A stretch of DNA of 17,319 bases, taken from IMG/VR virus record IMGVR_UViG_2547132281_000005, one strand, 5' to 3'. The stretch comes from a virus. Lineage: Duplodnaviria; Heunggongvirae; Uroviricota; Caudoviricetes. The position numbers were made by a program, and so were the translations under genes. Under the pieces are notes generated by a model. That model worked only from the letters and a program-made list of their open reading frames with translations, did no database searches and had not been told where the DNA came from. Shown in pieces: positions 1 through 9,500 of this stretch. The stretch's first letter is position 1. Every line of letters starts with the position of its first letter.

Positions 1-558
1 ATGAATACAGCTATAACTTTTTCTAACGAGTCACCAAAAGTCTTTTTCAAAGATGGTCGCCTGGTTACCACCTCTCAAGCTGTTGCCGACTACTTCGATA
101 AACAACATAAACACGTTTTAGCTAAGATTGACACACTCGACTGCTCTCCCGAATTTACATCAGCCAACTTTTCGGCCGATGTTCAGACTGTCGAAATTGG
201 CAACGGCGCAGAACGTGAATCACGATGCTACCTGATCACAAAAGACGGCTTCATGTTCCTCGTAATGGGATTTACTGGCAAAAAAGCAGCCAGACTAAAA
301 GAAGCTTACATTGAAAAATTTAACGCAATGGAAGAAGAACTCCACAAACGTCCTCCTGCAGCACAAAACTCCCCCGCCCCAAATAATGGATGCGCATTAC
401 TGATCCACTTCGATAAACACGGTCAGGTCGAGTTCACAGAAAAAGTCCCCGCCGATGCGATGGTATGCACGCTGGAACGGTTTAAATTTTATCTGGAGCA
501 ACATGGGTGGATCGTTGCCCGTAAAGAACAATTGGTGGAAAGGTTGATGCGGTTTTAA
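1..558 (+). CDS. Rha family phage regulatory protein (antirepressor-like)
   Basis: 185-aa ORF with stop TAA at 556-558; N-terminus (VFFKDGRLVTTSQAVADYFDKQHKHVLAKID) matches the Rha-domain pattern as I recall it. The start coincides with the window edge, so upstream context is unseen. Confidence 0.75.
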   Translation: MNTAITFSNESPKVFFKDGRLVTTSQAVADYFDKQHKHVLAKIDTLDCSPEFTSANFSADVQTVEIGNGAERESRCYLITKDGFMFLVMGFTGKKAARLKEAYIEKFNAMEEELHKRPPAAQNSPAPNNGCALLIHFDKHGQVEFTEKVPADAMVCTLERFKFYLEQHGWIVARKEQLVERLMRF

Positions 559-565
559 TGAATGC

Positions 566-598
566 AAAACCCCGGATGATCACCGGGGTTAATTTTAT
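566..598 (+). terminator. Rho-independent terminator after the Rha gene
   Basis: GC stem CCCCGG (570-575) / CCGGGG (583-588) with 7-nt loop, followed by TTAATTTTAT. Confidence 0.6.
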
Positions 599-684
599 CG
601 AGCGTGATTGCCGCTAATCGCCATCGCTCTGATTGAGCGTAAATCATTCAGGTTATTCAGTTCTTCCTTCTGCTCTCGCTGACG

Positions 685-864
685 TCAATAAATCCCATCA
701 TTGCGATCAACCTCATCCTTAACCATTGATGCGAGCAGTTCTTCCAGTTTCTGCGCTGACAGCTTTACCTGGTGATCTTCAGCATCTTCCCGGGCTATTG
801 TGGTTCGCGCAGTGGCTGATTTTGCTGACATCACCACAGGGGGCAGACGGACCATTGAACCATG
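685..864 (-). CDS. Hypothetical small protein (about 56 aa from ATG at 864)
   Basis: Track ORF 685-966 starts at a TTG inside the repeat hairpin. The internal ATG at 864 (MVRLPPVVMSAKS...) has a GGAGG 10 nt upstream, and another ATG lies at 840. No recognisable family. Confidence 0.2.
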   Translation of the reverse strand, partial: HGSMVRLPPVVMSAKSATARTTIAREDAEDHQVKLSAQKLEELLASMVKDEVDRNDGIY

Positions 865-918
865 GCCTCCGGAACAAATAAGGGCAAAAATAACAACCAC
901 TATCGAAAGCTCACAAAC

Positions 919-1135
919 TAACCGCAGCACGTTCCTGCATACGACGTGTCTGCGGCATAATCCCAATGATTACTCCCTGACAGGATTTGCAGGCCACTCA
1001 ATATCAGGTGCAGTTGATGTATCAACACGATTCAACAATACCCGATATTTATTCCATGCCTCCAGCAACGATCTTTCTTCCTCCGTTGCGATTTCCAGAT
1101 CTACAGCATCCTGCAGTGGCGCAATATACTCACTG
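919..1135. repeat. Direct repeat copy A (tfa 3' end plus downstream hairpin)
   Basis: About 217 bp, roughly 85-90% identical by eye to 1969-2185 (constant offset 1050 bp), same orientation. Contains hairpin 922-955 about 15 nt after the tfa-like stop. Confidence 0.7.
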
Positions 1136-1239
1136 AATTCCTGGATGTAGAACTGTGTGGTGACGGTCTTCCAGCCATTCGGCTCCTGCTGTATCGAAGC
1201 ATACCAGGCTATTTCAATATCGCTATGCTGCGGCAGCAT
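970..1239 (-). CDS. Short chimeric tail fibre assembly (Tfa)-like protein, 89 aa
   Basis: C-terminal 52 aa ([52 protein letters not shown]) differ at only 5 positions from the Tfa C-terminus at 2019-2603. N-terminal 36 aa are unrelated. ATG at 1239 is preceded by AAGGGG with a 4-nt spacer. Confidence 0.5.
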   Translation of the reverse strand: MLPQHSDIEIAWYASIQQEPNGWKTVTTQFYIQEFSEYIAPLQDAVDLEIATEEERSLLEAWNKYRVLLNRVDTSTAPDIEWPANPVRE

Positions 1240-1295
1240 TTAACCCCTTGTAATTCATCGCCATAATTGATTTAATTCACAAATAAAACTATAAC

Positions 1296-1964
1296 ATGGT
1301 GAAATCAATGAAAAAAAACACAGATGATGGGGCTAAAATTTACACACCACTTACCCTAAAGCTTTATGACTGGTGGGTTTTGGGAGTATCAAATCGGCTT
1401 GCATGGGGATGTCCTACAAAGGAACACCTTCTTCCACACTTTCTGGAACATGTAGGTAACAACCATCTGGATATTGGTGTTGGAACTGGGTTTTACCTTA
1501 CTCACGTACCTGAGAGTAGTCTGATATCTTTAATGGATTTGAACGAAGCTAGCCTGAACGCGGCATCTACAAGGGCTGGGGAATCAAAAATTAAACATAA
1601 AATTAGCCATGATGTTTTTGAACCTTATCCCGCGGCGTTACATGGTCAATTTGATTCCATTTCCATGTTTTACCTTCTTCACTGCCTGCCTGGAAATATA
1701 TCTACAAAAAGCTGTGTAATACGCAATGCGGCGCAGGCCTTAACTGACGATGGAACTCTATACGGAGCCACAATTCTTGGCGATGGAGTTGTGCACAATA
1801 GCTTCGGTCAAAAACTGATGCGCATTTACAATCAGAAAGGCATCTTTTCAAACACAAAAGATTCCGAAGAAGGCTTAACACATATACTCTCAGAGCATTT
1901 CGAGAATGTTAAAACCAAGGTTCAAGGTACTGTAGTAATGTTTTCCGCTTCAGGGAAAAAATAG
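1296..1964 (+). CDS. Class I SAM-dependent methyltransferase (about 220 aa)
   Basis: Motif I LDIGVGTGFYL, acidic residue after beta-2 (MDLN), and later FDSISMFYLLHCLP and LTDDGTLYGATI blocks typical of the Rossmann-fold methyltransferase layout. Alternative start ATG at 1308 has GGTGA 5 nt upstream. Stop TAG at 1962-1964. Confidence 0.7.
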   Translation: MVKSMKKNTDDGAKIYTPLTLKLYDWWVLGVSNRLAWGCPTKEHLLPHFLEHVGNNHLDIGVGTGFYLTHVPESSLISLMDLNEASLNAASTRAGESKIKHKISHDVFEPYPAALHGQFDSISMFYLLHCLPGNISTKSCVIRNAAQALTDDGTLYGATILGDGVVHNSFGQKLMRIYNQKGIFSNTKDSEEGLTHILSEHFENVKTKVQGTVVMFSASGKK

Positions 1965-1968
1965 CATC

Positions 1969-2185
1969 CAACCGCAGCACGTTCTTGCTTAAGACGAGCT
2001 GCGGCATAATCCCAATGATTACTCCCTGACAGGGTTCGTAGGCCACTCAATATCAGGTGCAGTTGATGTATCAACACGGTTCAGCAACACCCGATACTTT
2101 TTCCAGGCTTCCAGCAATGAGGTTTCTTCCTCCGTTGCAATTTCCAGATCTGCAGCATCCTGAAGCGGCGCAATATGCTCACTGG
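1969..2185. repeat. Direct repeat copy B (tfa 3' end plus downstream hairpin)
   Basis: Partner of 919-1135; contains hairpin 1972-2004 immediately after the convergent stops of the methyltransferase and tfa. Confidence 0.7.
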
Positions 2186-2603
2186 CTACCTGCATCAGGT
2201 TGTTTTTTGTTTCTTCCGCCTCCCGGATCCGGAACAGTTTTTCTGCTTCCGTATCCTTCACCCAGGCTGTGCCGTTCCACTTCTGAAACTCCCCTTCCGG
2301 CGATAACCAGGTAACATTTTCCGGTAACGGACCGAGTTCAGAAATAAATAACTCGTCCCCTGACGCTACGTCATAAACCGTTTTACCCCGATGGTCTTCA
2401 ACGAGATGCCACGATGCCTCATCACTGTTGAAAACAGCCACAAAGCCAGCAGGAATATCTGGTGGTGCAATATCGGTACTGTTTGCTGGCAGACCTGTAT
2501 GAGGCGGAATATATGCGTCACCTTCACCAATAAATTCATTAGTTCCGGCCAGCAGATTATAAATTTTTATGGTCCGTGCTTGTTCACTCATTCTGAATGC
2601 CAT
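2019..2603 (-). CDS. tfa: Tail fibre assembly protein Tfa (194 aa)
   Basis: Same length as lambda Tfa (194 aa) and conserved Tfa C-terminal block. Its ATG (2603-2601) overlaps the stop of the upstream fibre ORF in a TAATG arrangement, as in the lambda stf-tfa pair. Confidence 0.85.
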   Translation of the reverse strand: MAFRMSEQARTIKIYNLLAGTNEFIGEGDAYIPPHTGLPANSTDIAPPDIPAGFVAVFNSDEASWHLVEDHRGKTVYDVASGDELFISELGPLPENVTWLSPEGEFQKWNGTAWVKDTEAEKLFRIREAEETKNNLMQVASEHIAPLQDAADLEIATEEETSLLEAWKKYRVLLNRVDTSTAPDIEWPTNPVRE

Positions 2604-3550
2604 TATGCAAGCCTCACAATATAGTTAAATGCGATGTTTTTGACGGTGTTTTCCGCGTTACCCGCAGCGTTAACGGTGATGGTGTGTCCATGTGAACCAA
2701 TCGCAACGGAGTGCGTATGCGCACCAATACCTACAGTATGTGCATGTGCGCCAGAACTTGCTGCAGTACCAGACAGCGAGTGGGTATGAGCACCTGCTGA
2801 CTGTGTCTGAATACGTTGATAATACGATCTATAGGAAGAAGTCTCCGGGCTTACTTGATACTGTGAATTCTGGACATAAGTGAACCCACCGCCATCATAA
2901 AATGCTAACGCAGAACCGCCGCCTCCTGGCCAACGAATACCATTACCATGAGTATGAACACCGGCAGACCCCGTAGAGCCACTCAGACTGTGCGTATGCG
3001 CCCCGGTGTTATTCGTGGATTTAGTGCCGTAATCAAACGACGATGTGGTTTTCGTCCCCAAATCCGTACTGGATGCGCTGGCGCTGTGGGTGTGCGATTT
3101 AATGCCGTCCTGTTCCTGAGACAATACGGCCCGGCCACTGGCGGGTTTGCCCTTGATTGTCCAGCCGCGCATATCTGGAATAACACCTGAAGGATAGGCA
3201 ATAGCCAGTTTCGGATATGCTGCCTTATCAAACGTCTGCCCCTGCATGATTGCATAACCTGCAGGTGGTGTATCTGATGGCCACGGCAGCGGAACACCTG
3301 GCGGAAACGCTTCAATATTTGCCGAGCCGTCAAATTTTACGCCGTTAATTGTCCTTGCAGTTTGCAATTTGGTTGCTGTGCTTGCATTAGTCGAGGCTAA
3401 GGGCTTTTTTAACCTCGCATCCGCGCCTGCGGTAACACTGAATGAGCCATTCGGCCTGTTCTTCAGTGCATGGGGGGTGCTGGTACCAGTCTGACTTAAA
3501 TGCATGAGAATACCGCTCGTGCGTGTGGGCAAGAACGGTCGAATTATCAT
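2603..3550 (-). CDS. stf: Side tail fibre protein, C-terminal fragment (lambda orf-314-like), N-terminally truncated
   Basis: 315-aa ORF rich in G/S/T/A with repeated GAHTHS / HxH motifs and a [13 protein letters not shown] block typical of Stf C-terminal regions. The frame hits a stop at 3602-3604 just upstream and the ATG at 3550 has no RBS, so the N-terminal shaft portion is missing. Confidence 0.6.
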   Translation of the reverse strand: MIIRPFLPTRTSGILMHLSQTGTSTPHALKNRPNGSFSVTAGADARLKKPLASTNASTATKLQTARTINGVKFDGSANIEAFPPGVPLPWPSDTPPAGYAIMQGQTFDKAAYPKLAIAYPSGVIPDMRGWTIKGKPASGRAVLSQEQDGIKSHTHSASASSTDLGTKTTSSFDYGTKSTNNTGAHTHSLSGSTGSAGVHTHGNGIRWPGGGGSALAFYDGGGFTYVQNSQYQVSPETSSYRSYYQRIQTQSAGAHTHSLSGTAASSGAHAHTVGIGAHTHSVAIGSHGHTITVNAAGNAENTVKNIAFNYIVRLA

Positions 3551-3578
3551 GATTGTAATATTTTGCGTTGCGTGCCAT
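3387..3578 (-). CDS. Hypothetical 63-aa protein overlapping the stf fragment in another frame
   Basis: ATG at 3578 preceded by GGAGA with a 6-nt spacer; sequence is not fibre-like ([23 protein letters not shown]...). Could instead be a chance ORF. Confidence 0.35.
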   Translation of the reverse strand: MARNAKYYNHDNSTVLAHTHERYSHAFKSDWYQHPPCTEEQAEWLIQCYRRRGCEVKKALSLD

Positions 3579-3644
3579 CGGTTTTCTCCGGTGGCACGGT
3601 GTTACTCAGCGGGAGTTCAGCCCCGCGCAAGATTGTAGATGAGT

Positions 3645-3896
3645 TTATTCTTCTGAAAAAGCAGAAAAGCCAGCTTTTATTCCGATCTCTTTCAATGCCT
3701 GTAATGAAGTGACAAACTCACCGTCGCGCAAGATAAATCCGTCCGTCACTCGGGCATCCACAAAATTAATTAACGCAGCCCCATTTTTTTGCAAACACAC
3801 AATGCGGTAATGACTAACAATATTTCCATTTTCAACGCACACAGCATAGAGGCCATCTTCACAAAAAATTTTACGCAGTTCTTCGATGTTCATCAT
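3645..3896 (-). CDS. Hypothetical 83-aa protein
   Basis: Tandem ATG ATG at 3896-3891 preceded by GGAAGGA with a 5-nt spacer. No recognisable family. Confidence 0.5.
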   Translation of the reverse strand: MMNIEELRKIFCEDGLYAVCVENGNIVSHYRIVCLQKNGAALINFVDARVTDGFILRDGEFVTSLQALKEIGIKAGFSAFSEE

Positions 3897-4011
3897 CAGA
3901 ATCCTTCCGGATAATTAGCTCTCCCCTTTAAGGGACCATCCCTCTTATCCCTGCGCGCTACTTAAGTATTTTTGATTCTATTCCGGCACCGTCCAGAACT
4001 TCAAACGCGTT

Positions 4012-4043
4012 GAAAATAAAAACAAAAACCCGCCGAAGCGGGT
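4012..4043 (-). terminator. Rho-independent terminator of the hok transcript
   Basis: On the minus strand: stem ACCCGC / GCGGGT (4028-4043) with 4-nt loop, followed by TTTTTGTTTTTATTTT (complement of 4012-4027). Confidence 0.55.
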
Positions 4044-4112
4044 TAAGTGCGGGTGCGTTGAGGATGCCTGCCACATCAGAGGTGGCGAGGGATTTCTCCC
4101 TCGCCGGGTCTC

Positions 4113-4268
4113 TTACTCCTCAGGTTCGTAAGCTGTGAAGACAGCGACCTCCGTCTGGCCGGTTCGGATTCGTACCTCGCAGAGGTCTTTCCTCGTTACC
4201 AGTGCCGTCACTATGACGGTTAAACAGATGACGATCAGGGCGATTAGCATCGCCTTTTGCTGCTTCAT
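4113..4268 (-). CDS. hok: Hok/Gef family type I toxin (51 aa)
   Basis: MKQQKAMLIALIVICLTVIVTALVTRKDLCEVRIRTGQTEVAVFTAYEPEE closely matches the Hok/Gef family as I recall it. ATG at 4268 preceded by GGAGA; stop TAA at 4113-4115. Confidence 0.85.
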   Translation of the reverse strand: MKQQKAMLIALIVICLTVIVTALVTRKDLCEVRIRTGQTEVAVFTAYEPEE

Positions 4269-4325
4269 AGCCTGCTTCTCCTTGCCTTTCGGCACGTAAG
4301 AGGCTAACCTACGTGTGTAGAGCAT
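4113..4325 (-). CDS. mok: Mok (modulator of killing) reading frame, in-frame N-terminal extension of hok
   Basis: 70-aa ORF sharing the stop and frame with hok, as in chromosomal mokC/hokC. Confidence 0.55.
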   Translation of the reverse strand: MLYTRRLASYVPKGKEKQAMKQQKAMLIALIVICLTVIVTALVTRKDLCEVRIRTGQTEVAVFTAYEPEE

Positions 4326-4370
4326 AGGTATGGCCTCAGATTAATGTTAAGCGTCTTGCCGGACGCGTAA
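4295..4370 (+). ncRNA. sok: Putative Sok-like antisense RNA (position inferred, boundaries approximate)
   Basis: Inferred from hok/sok organisation: the antisense RNA should overlap the mok initiation region. A plus-strand hairpin GCGTC-ttgccg-GACGC lies at 4351-4366 but lacks a clean U-run, so the end is uncertain. Confidence 0.25.
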
Positions 4371-4443
4371 TGTTAACTGGGGCTTTTCTCTATCTGCCTT
4401 TGGTGTTGATGCCCGAGGCAGATAGCCTCAAGCACCCGCAGCA

Positions 4444-4472
4444 ATTCTACTTAACTACCGTTACCTCGCCAA
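4444..4472 (-). promoter_or_regulatory. Candidate sigma-70 promoter for the hok/mok mRNA
   Basis: Minus strand reads TTGGCG (complement of 4467-4472), 17-nt spacer, TAGAAT (complement of 4444-4449). A 9-bp stem 4390-4398 / 4417-4425 sits in the predicted 5' leader. Confidence 0.4.
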
Positions 4473-4479
4473 TATGAAA

Positions 4480-4569
4480 TCAATCAGAAAGGTGATCCAT
4501 AAGAACAACAGCAAGACAATAAATTGCCATTACAGCAGCAATAGCCAGCGCACATTTGAGAACCAGCAC
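4480..4569 (-). CDS. Candidate small hydrophobic peptide (29-30 aa, type I toxin-like)
   Basis: AGGAGG (complement of 4575-4580), 5-nt spacer, GTG at 4569; encodes VLVLKCALAIAAVMAIYCLAVVLMDHLSD, then TGA (4482-4480). The DNA here is TGY-repetitive and open in several frames, so this may be chance. Confidence 0.25.
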   Translation of the reverse strand: MLVLKCALAIAAVMAIYCLAVVLMDHLSD

Positions 4570-4947
4570 CACAACCTCCTGTATTGGACGTACACCAGTC
4601 CTGATAAATATGAGGCTGTCTCGTCAGTGATTCAATACAACTACTGGGTATAGTTTCTATGATTTTGTTCTGTGGAAATGGAAAACAGCAACCAGTCACC
4701 ACCAGCACTTCTTTAAACATGCCAAGTCACACGCAAGCCAACATTATAGTTCCCTTTGAGCGAGCAGATGAAGCTAGCAAAAATATTGATCACTTAGGAT
4801 GCATTACTAACGTTGCTATGTGTTAACGAACAGGGAGTGGGTCATCAGCATAAATATTTATGCAGTAGGTTTCTTTTAGGACTAGATTAATCAAAAACAT
4901 TTAGATAAAATTATAAAATCAAGAAATTGGTGGCAATTAATCTTTAA

Positions 4948-4976
4948 TTGTGCCAGCTGAATTTCGTTATTATAGA
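4948..4976 (+). promoter_or_regulatory. Candidate promoter for the membrane-protein/methyltransferase operon
   Basis: TTGTGC (4948-4953), 17-nt spacer, TATAGA (4971-4976) in an AT-rich region upstream of the GGAGAG SD and ATG at 5011. Confidence 0.3.
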
Positions 4977-5326
4977 AGATTAGCTTTTTTTTGAATGTTT
5001 GGAGAGTAAAATGTTAGAACCACCAAAGAGTTATAATGAAATGTTGCCTATGCTCCATAAGGCGACTTTTATTACTACATTTATATTTTACCTATCATTA
5101 GTCATTTATGGCTACATGCCATTGGTTGGCATTAATGCCAAGTATATCCCCCCCGTTAAAGACTACGAGGAATTTATTAAATGGATATTAACCTTTGGCA
5201 TATTACCAATTGCATCTTCAGTTTTTTGGTCAGTAATTAGTGGAGCTTTAGATCTACATAATAATGTAGCAAAAATTATTGGAATAAGGAAGATGTGGGA
5301 TAGTCATTTAATTATTAAACCATTAG

Positions 5327-6521
<1,195 letters not shown>

Positions 6522-6911
6522 TTAGCAAAAATTGCAGGCGTTACGAGAAAATTAACTACTGATGAATCTCACAAGGTAATGAGTAAACTGTATTACCCAG
6601 AAGTTAAAGAGTTAAAAGACAAACATTACGTTGAACTTTTCTGGAACAAAGTTTATTACTTTTGGGTTTTCTTTGAACATACAGTAATCGCATTTGTTAC
6701 TATTTTAATAATAAGTATCGCCAAATTAACAAATATATTCTCTGTTACTGGCTCTTTAATTAATCTTTGGTTGTGGATTATTTCTCTTGTCGCATTTGAC
6801 TTCCTTATTTTCATAGCATCAGTTAAACCAAGAACAGAAAGCCAAGTAAGACAAATACCTGATAGCAAAATAAAAGAATTCTTTAACAATAACAATATTT
6901 TTTAAACGAGG

Positions 6912-7571
6912 TTGATTTTGAATTACAAAATAAATGGAATAAACATACGTTCAGAAAATGCAGCGAAACCGCACACTATGCCATCTAACTATCTCTGTAA
7001 ACAGATTGAAAGCACTAATAAAAATGGCAATGCCCTTGATTTTGGATGTGGAAAACTTAGATATTCAGAACAATTAGTAAATAAATTTGAAACTGTGACA
7101 TTTTTAGATTCCAGAAGACAACTAGAAAGAGTGCAAATTATCAGAGGTGTACAAACCACGATTCCAGATTACGTGATAAATAACTATAAGAATGCTAATA
7201 TTGTTTCTTATGAAAATATAGATAAAATAACAAATCATTATGATTTCATACTTTGCGCAAACGTGCTTTCCGCAATTCCATGTGAATCCACAATTCACAA
7301 AGTCCTCAGTGCGATTAGAGAATTATTAAAGAGTGATGGTGAAGCACTGATTGTCAATCAATACAAAAGTTCTTATTTCAAGAGGTACGAGAGCGGTATT
7401 AAACATTTGCATGGGTATATATACCAAAACTCTCGTAATGCTTTCTACTATGGTTTATTAGATGTGGATACTGTAAGTAAAATATGCTCAGATAATAATT
7501 TAGAAATAATAAAATCATGGAGCAAAGCAGGTAGTTCATATGTGGTTGTTGGTAAACATATACATATTTAG
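6912..7571 (+). CDS. TehB-like class I SAM-dependent methyltransferase (about 217-219 aa)
   Basis: Motif I ALDFGCGKL, acidic LDSR, YDFILCANVLSAIP and LKSDGEALIV blocks resemble TehB-type methyltransferases. Likely start is TTG 6918 (GAGG 6908-6911, 6-nt spacer) or TTG 6912; begins 7 nt after the membrane-protein stop. Confidence 0.7.
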   Translation: MILNYKINGINIRSENAAKPHTMPSNYLCKQIESTNKNGNALDFGCGKLRYSEQLVNKFETVTFLDSRRQLERVQIIRGVQTTIPDYVINNYKNANIVSYENIDKITNHYDFILCANVLSAIPCESTIHKVLSAIRELLKSDGEALIVNQYKSSYFKRYESGIKHLHGYIYQNSRNAFYYGLLDVDTVSKICSDNNLEIIKSWSKAGSSYVVVGKHIHI

Positions 7572-7885
7572 TTTATTTCAACAAATTATTAGAAAGAGTG
7601 ATTTGCTTGTTAATTATTAGCTCGGCAGTGCCGGATCAACATGACCCTGCCACTTAGGCCATTGCCGGTTTACCTACTTTTGTAAGGTTCAGCATGAAGT
7701 TTTTATATACTCTTCCTAATATCAATAGTGATGCTCGCTTATGTTAGCTGCTTCTTGTACATAGTAGCCTTCTCCGACAGTACTGCAATGAGCGGAGAGT
7801 AAAAGTCGATAAACAATAAGGAGGTTCACAATAAATATTTCTCGGTGAAACTTTCAAAGCATTCTCTGTTTTGCTAAATCGACAA

Positions 7886-8785
7886 TTATAAATCAACAAC
7901 ATTTAGTGTTATATCAATATTATTTAGCCTTGCAATCTCTGATGAATCACTTGCTATTTTAGCTTTTAATTTATCAATATTAATCATATCTTCATGGCTT
8001 ATATAAACCATATCACCTTGGTTAACTTTAGATTTGTTCACTATGGCTTGAATAACAGACAAATCATCCATTACACCTCTCATAAATTTCACCATGCTTT
8101 GATCTTTGAAGTCAGATATCGATTTTGAGCGTTGCTTACGTTGAATTGTTCCTTTTGTAATTACTTCATTAATTTCTTTTAAACCAGTGAGCATATCAGA
8201 CAGACTGCCTTCGCAACTCATCCGATGTTTTATTGCATTGCGATTAATAATATTGAGTATAATTTCGAGTGAATCTTTATCACTCCATGGATGTAATGAT
8301 GTATAATCATGATGGCGTCGAATGGCGTCAATCATATCCTGGACCATATCTTCATCTGCTTTATCGCAAAGTTCATTCACGAAATAGCTGGGGTCGATTA
8401 TTTTACAATAACTTGGAGTTAGGTATCTTGAGGCTTTACAAAAACCAAAAATATATAAAGTAGAGTATTTATCTTTCAGACTCTCTCCTATTTCATTTGT
8501 TTCCTCAAAAGATTCGATAGTTTTTTTAATTTTTGCTGGACTTGCATTCGTAGTAACTTGAACTGCTATCATGTTTTTATTATCAGCTAAATCAATGGCG
8601 GGAAAATTAACTTTAATCTGATTCATGTTTACCAGTTCACCCATTTTCAGCGCGCGAAACATAAAGATGGTCAATGACTCAATTATTCTTTCCATGTCAT
8701 GAAAGCCTGCCTGTTTGCGTTGCGCGATATAAAGCTGGAGTAGTGCAATATCACTCTGTAAGTTTCTAATAAGTGGATCAATCAT
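7886..8785 (-). CDS. Hypothetical 299-aa protein, AT-rich orphan (candidate defence/abortive-infection gene)
   Basis: ATG at 8785 with AGGA upstream; long uninterrupted ORF, convergent with the methyltransferase. No recognisable catalytic motif (no HExxH, no Walker A, no TM segments). Confidence 0.7.
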   Translation of the reverse strand: MIDPLIRNLQSDIALLQLYIAQRKQAGFHDMERIIESLTIFMFRALKMGELVNMNQIKVNFPAIDLADNKNMIAVQVTTNASPAKIKKTIESFEETNEIGESLKDKYSTLYIFGFCKASRYLTPSYCKIIDPSYFVNELCDKADEDMVQDMIDAIRRHHDYTSLHPWSDKDSLEIILNIINRNAIKHRMSCEGSLSDMLTGLKEINEVITKGTIQRKQRSKSISDFKDQSMVKFMRGVMDDLSVIQAIVNKSKVNQGDMVYISHEDMINIDKLKAKIASDSSEIARLNNIDITLNVVDL

Positions 8786-9037
8786 AGCTAATAATCCTTT
8801 TCAATGAAGCTGGAGGTGTGTTTAACTATTAGTTAAATTTCTATTTTTATAGAAACAAGCTTTACAACTTCATCAAAGTTTCTCAAATCCTAATCCACTT
8901 TGCAAATCCACTAACCATGCTGAATGCTTTCTGTTGTTAAACATATCCGCTGCTGGCACCAAGCAGACAAACACACTAACTCTACCCTACTCCACAAAAG
9001 AGCCAATCAATATCTGAACTAATAAACTTTAATCTCA

Positions 9038-9460
9038 TCACTTCAATAAATATCGAGCATTTCCCTGATAGAATGCTAGTATGCGCTGCATAACTTCACT
9101 CTTCCGGCACTCGCGACAGATTATGTTCTGACGCCTGTCGTAGCGACGTATTTCTCCGTCAGGTAATGACCAGATAAGGTCCGGATCAACCGCAGATGGT
9201 TCCTTCAGCTTTGCCCTTGAGAGCTTTTTACGGGCATTTTGCCAGTCCTTACGCGCCTGTTCAGACGGGAATAACCCGTAACCAGAGTTGTATACATCGC
9301 CGCTGGCAACCAGCTCTCTTGCGAGAACGCTCATCAGATATCTTGTCGCACCTGTCTTGACTTCCAGTTGCCGTAACGTCTCACGACCGCTCTGGCGCAC
9401 GAGTTCCACCACCTGCCCTTTAATTTTTTCCCGCTCTTCTTGTGTAAAAACTTTTGCCAC
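9038..9460 (-). CDS. Hypothetical 140-aa protein (possible DNA-binding protein)
   Basis: GTG start at 9460 preceded by AAGGGGG with a 4-nt spacer. N-terminal helical region (ETLRQLEVKTGATRYLMSVLARELV) and basic C-terminus. Confidence 0.55.
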   Translation of the reverse strand: MAKVFTQEEREKIKGQVVELVRQSGRETLRQLEVKTGATRYLMSVLARELVASGDVYNSGYGLFPSEQARKDWQNARKKLSRAKLKEPSAVDPDLIWSLPDGEIRRYDRRQNIICRECRKSEVMQRILAFYQGNARYLLK

Positions 9461-9500
9461 AAGTCCCCCTTAAAATTACCTCATGACCTGAAATCAAAAC

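Noticed and set aside
800-1150. 116-aa plus-strand ORF
   Set aside because: Antisense to the Tfa-like gene and the repeat; no RBS and a low-complexity product.
919-3550. Possible Pin/Gin/Cin-type invertible tail-fibre segment
   Set aside because: The two tfa-related repeats are in direct, not inverted, orientation and no serine invertase gene is present in the window.
4484-4720. 78-aa Cys-rich ORF (minus strand) that could suggest a microcin-like or Cys-rich peptide
   Set aside because: No RBS at its ATG; it lies in TGY-repetitive DNA that mechanically yields Cys runs in this frame, and it overlaps the better-supported SD-preceded peptide. Retained only as an alternative within the small-ORF finding.
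7572-7885. Small ORF after an AGGAGG-like sequence (about 7829-7837) in the convergent intergenic region
   Set aside because: The nearest in-frame start is about 20 nt from the SD and the ORF is only about 10 codons long.
7886-8785. Identity of the 299-aa protein with the e14 Lit metalloprotease (similar size and neighbourhood)
   Set aside because: No HExxH zinc-binding motif is present in the sequence.
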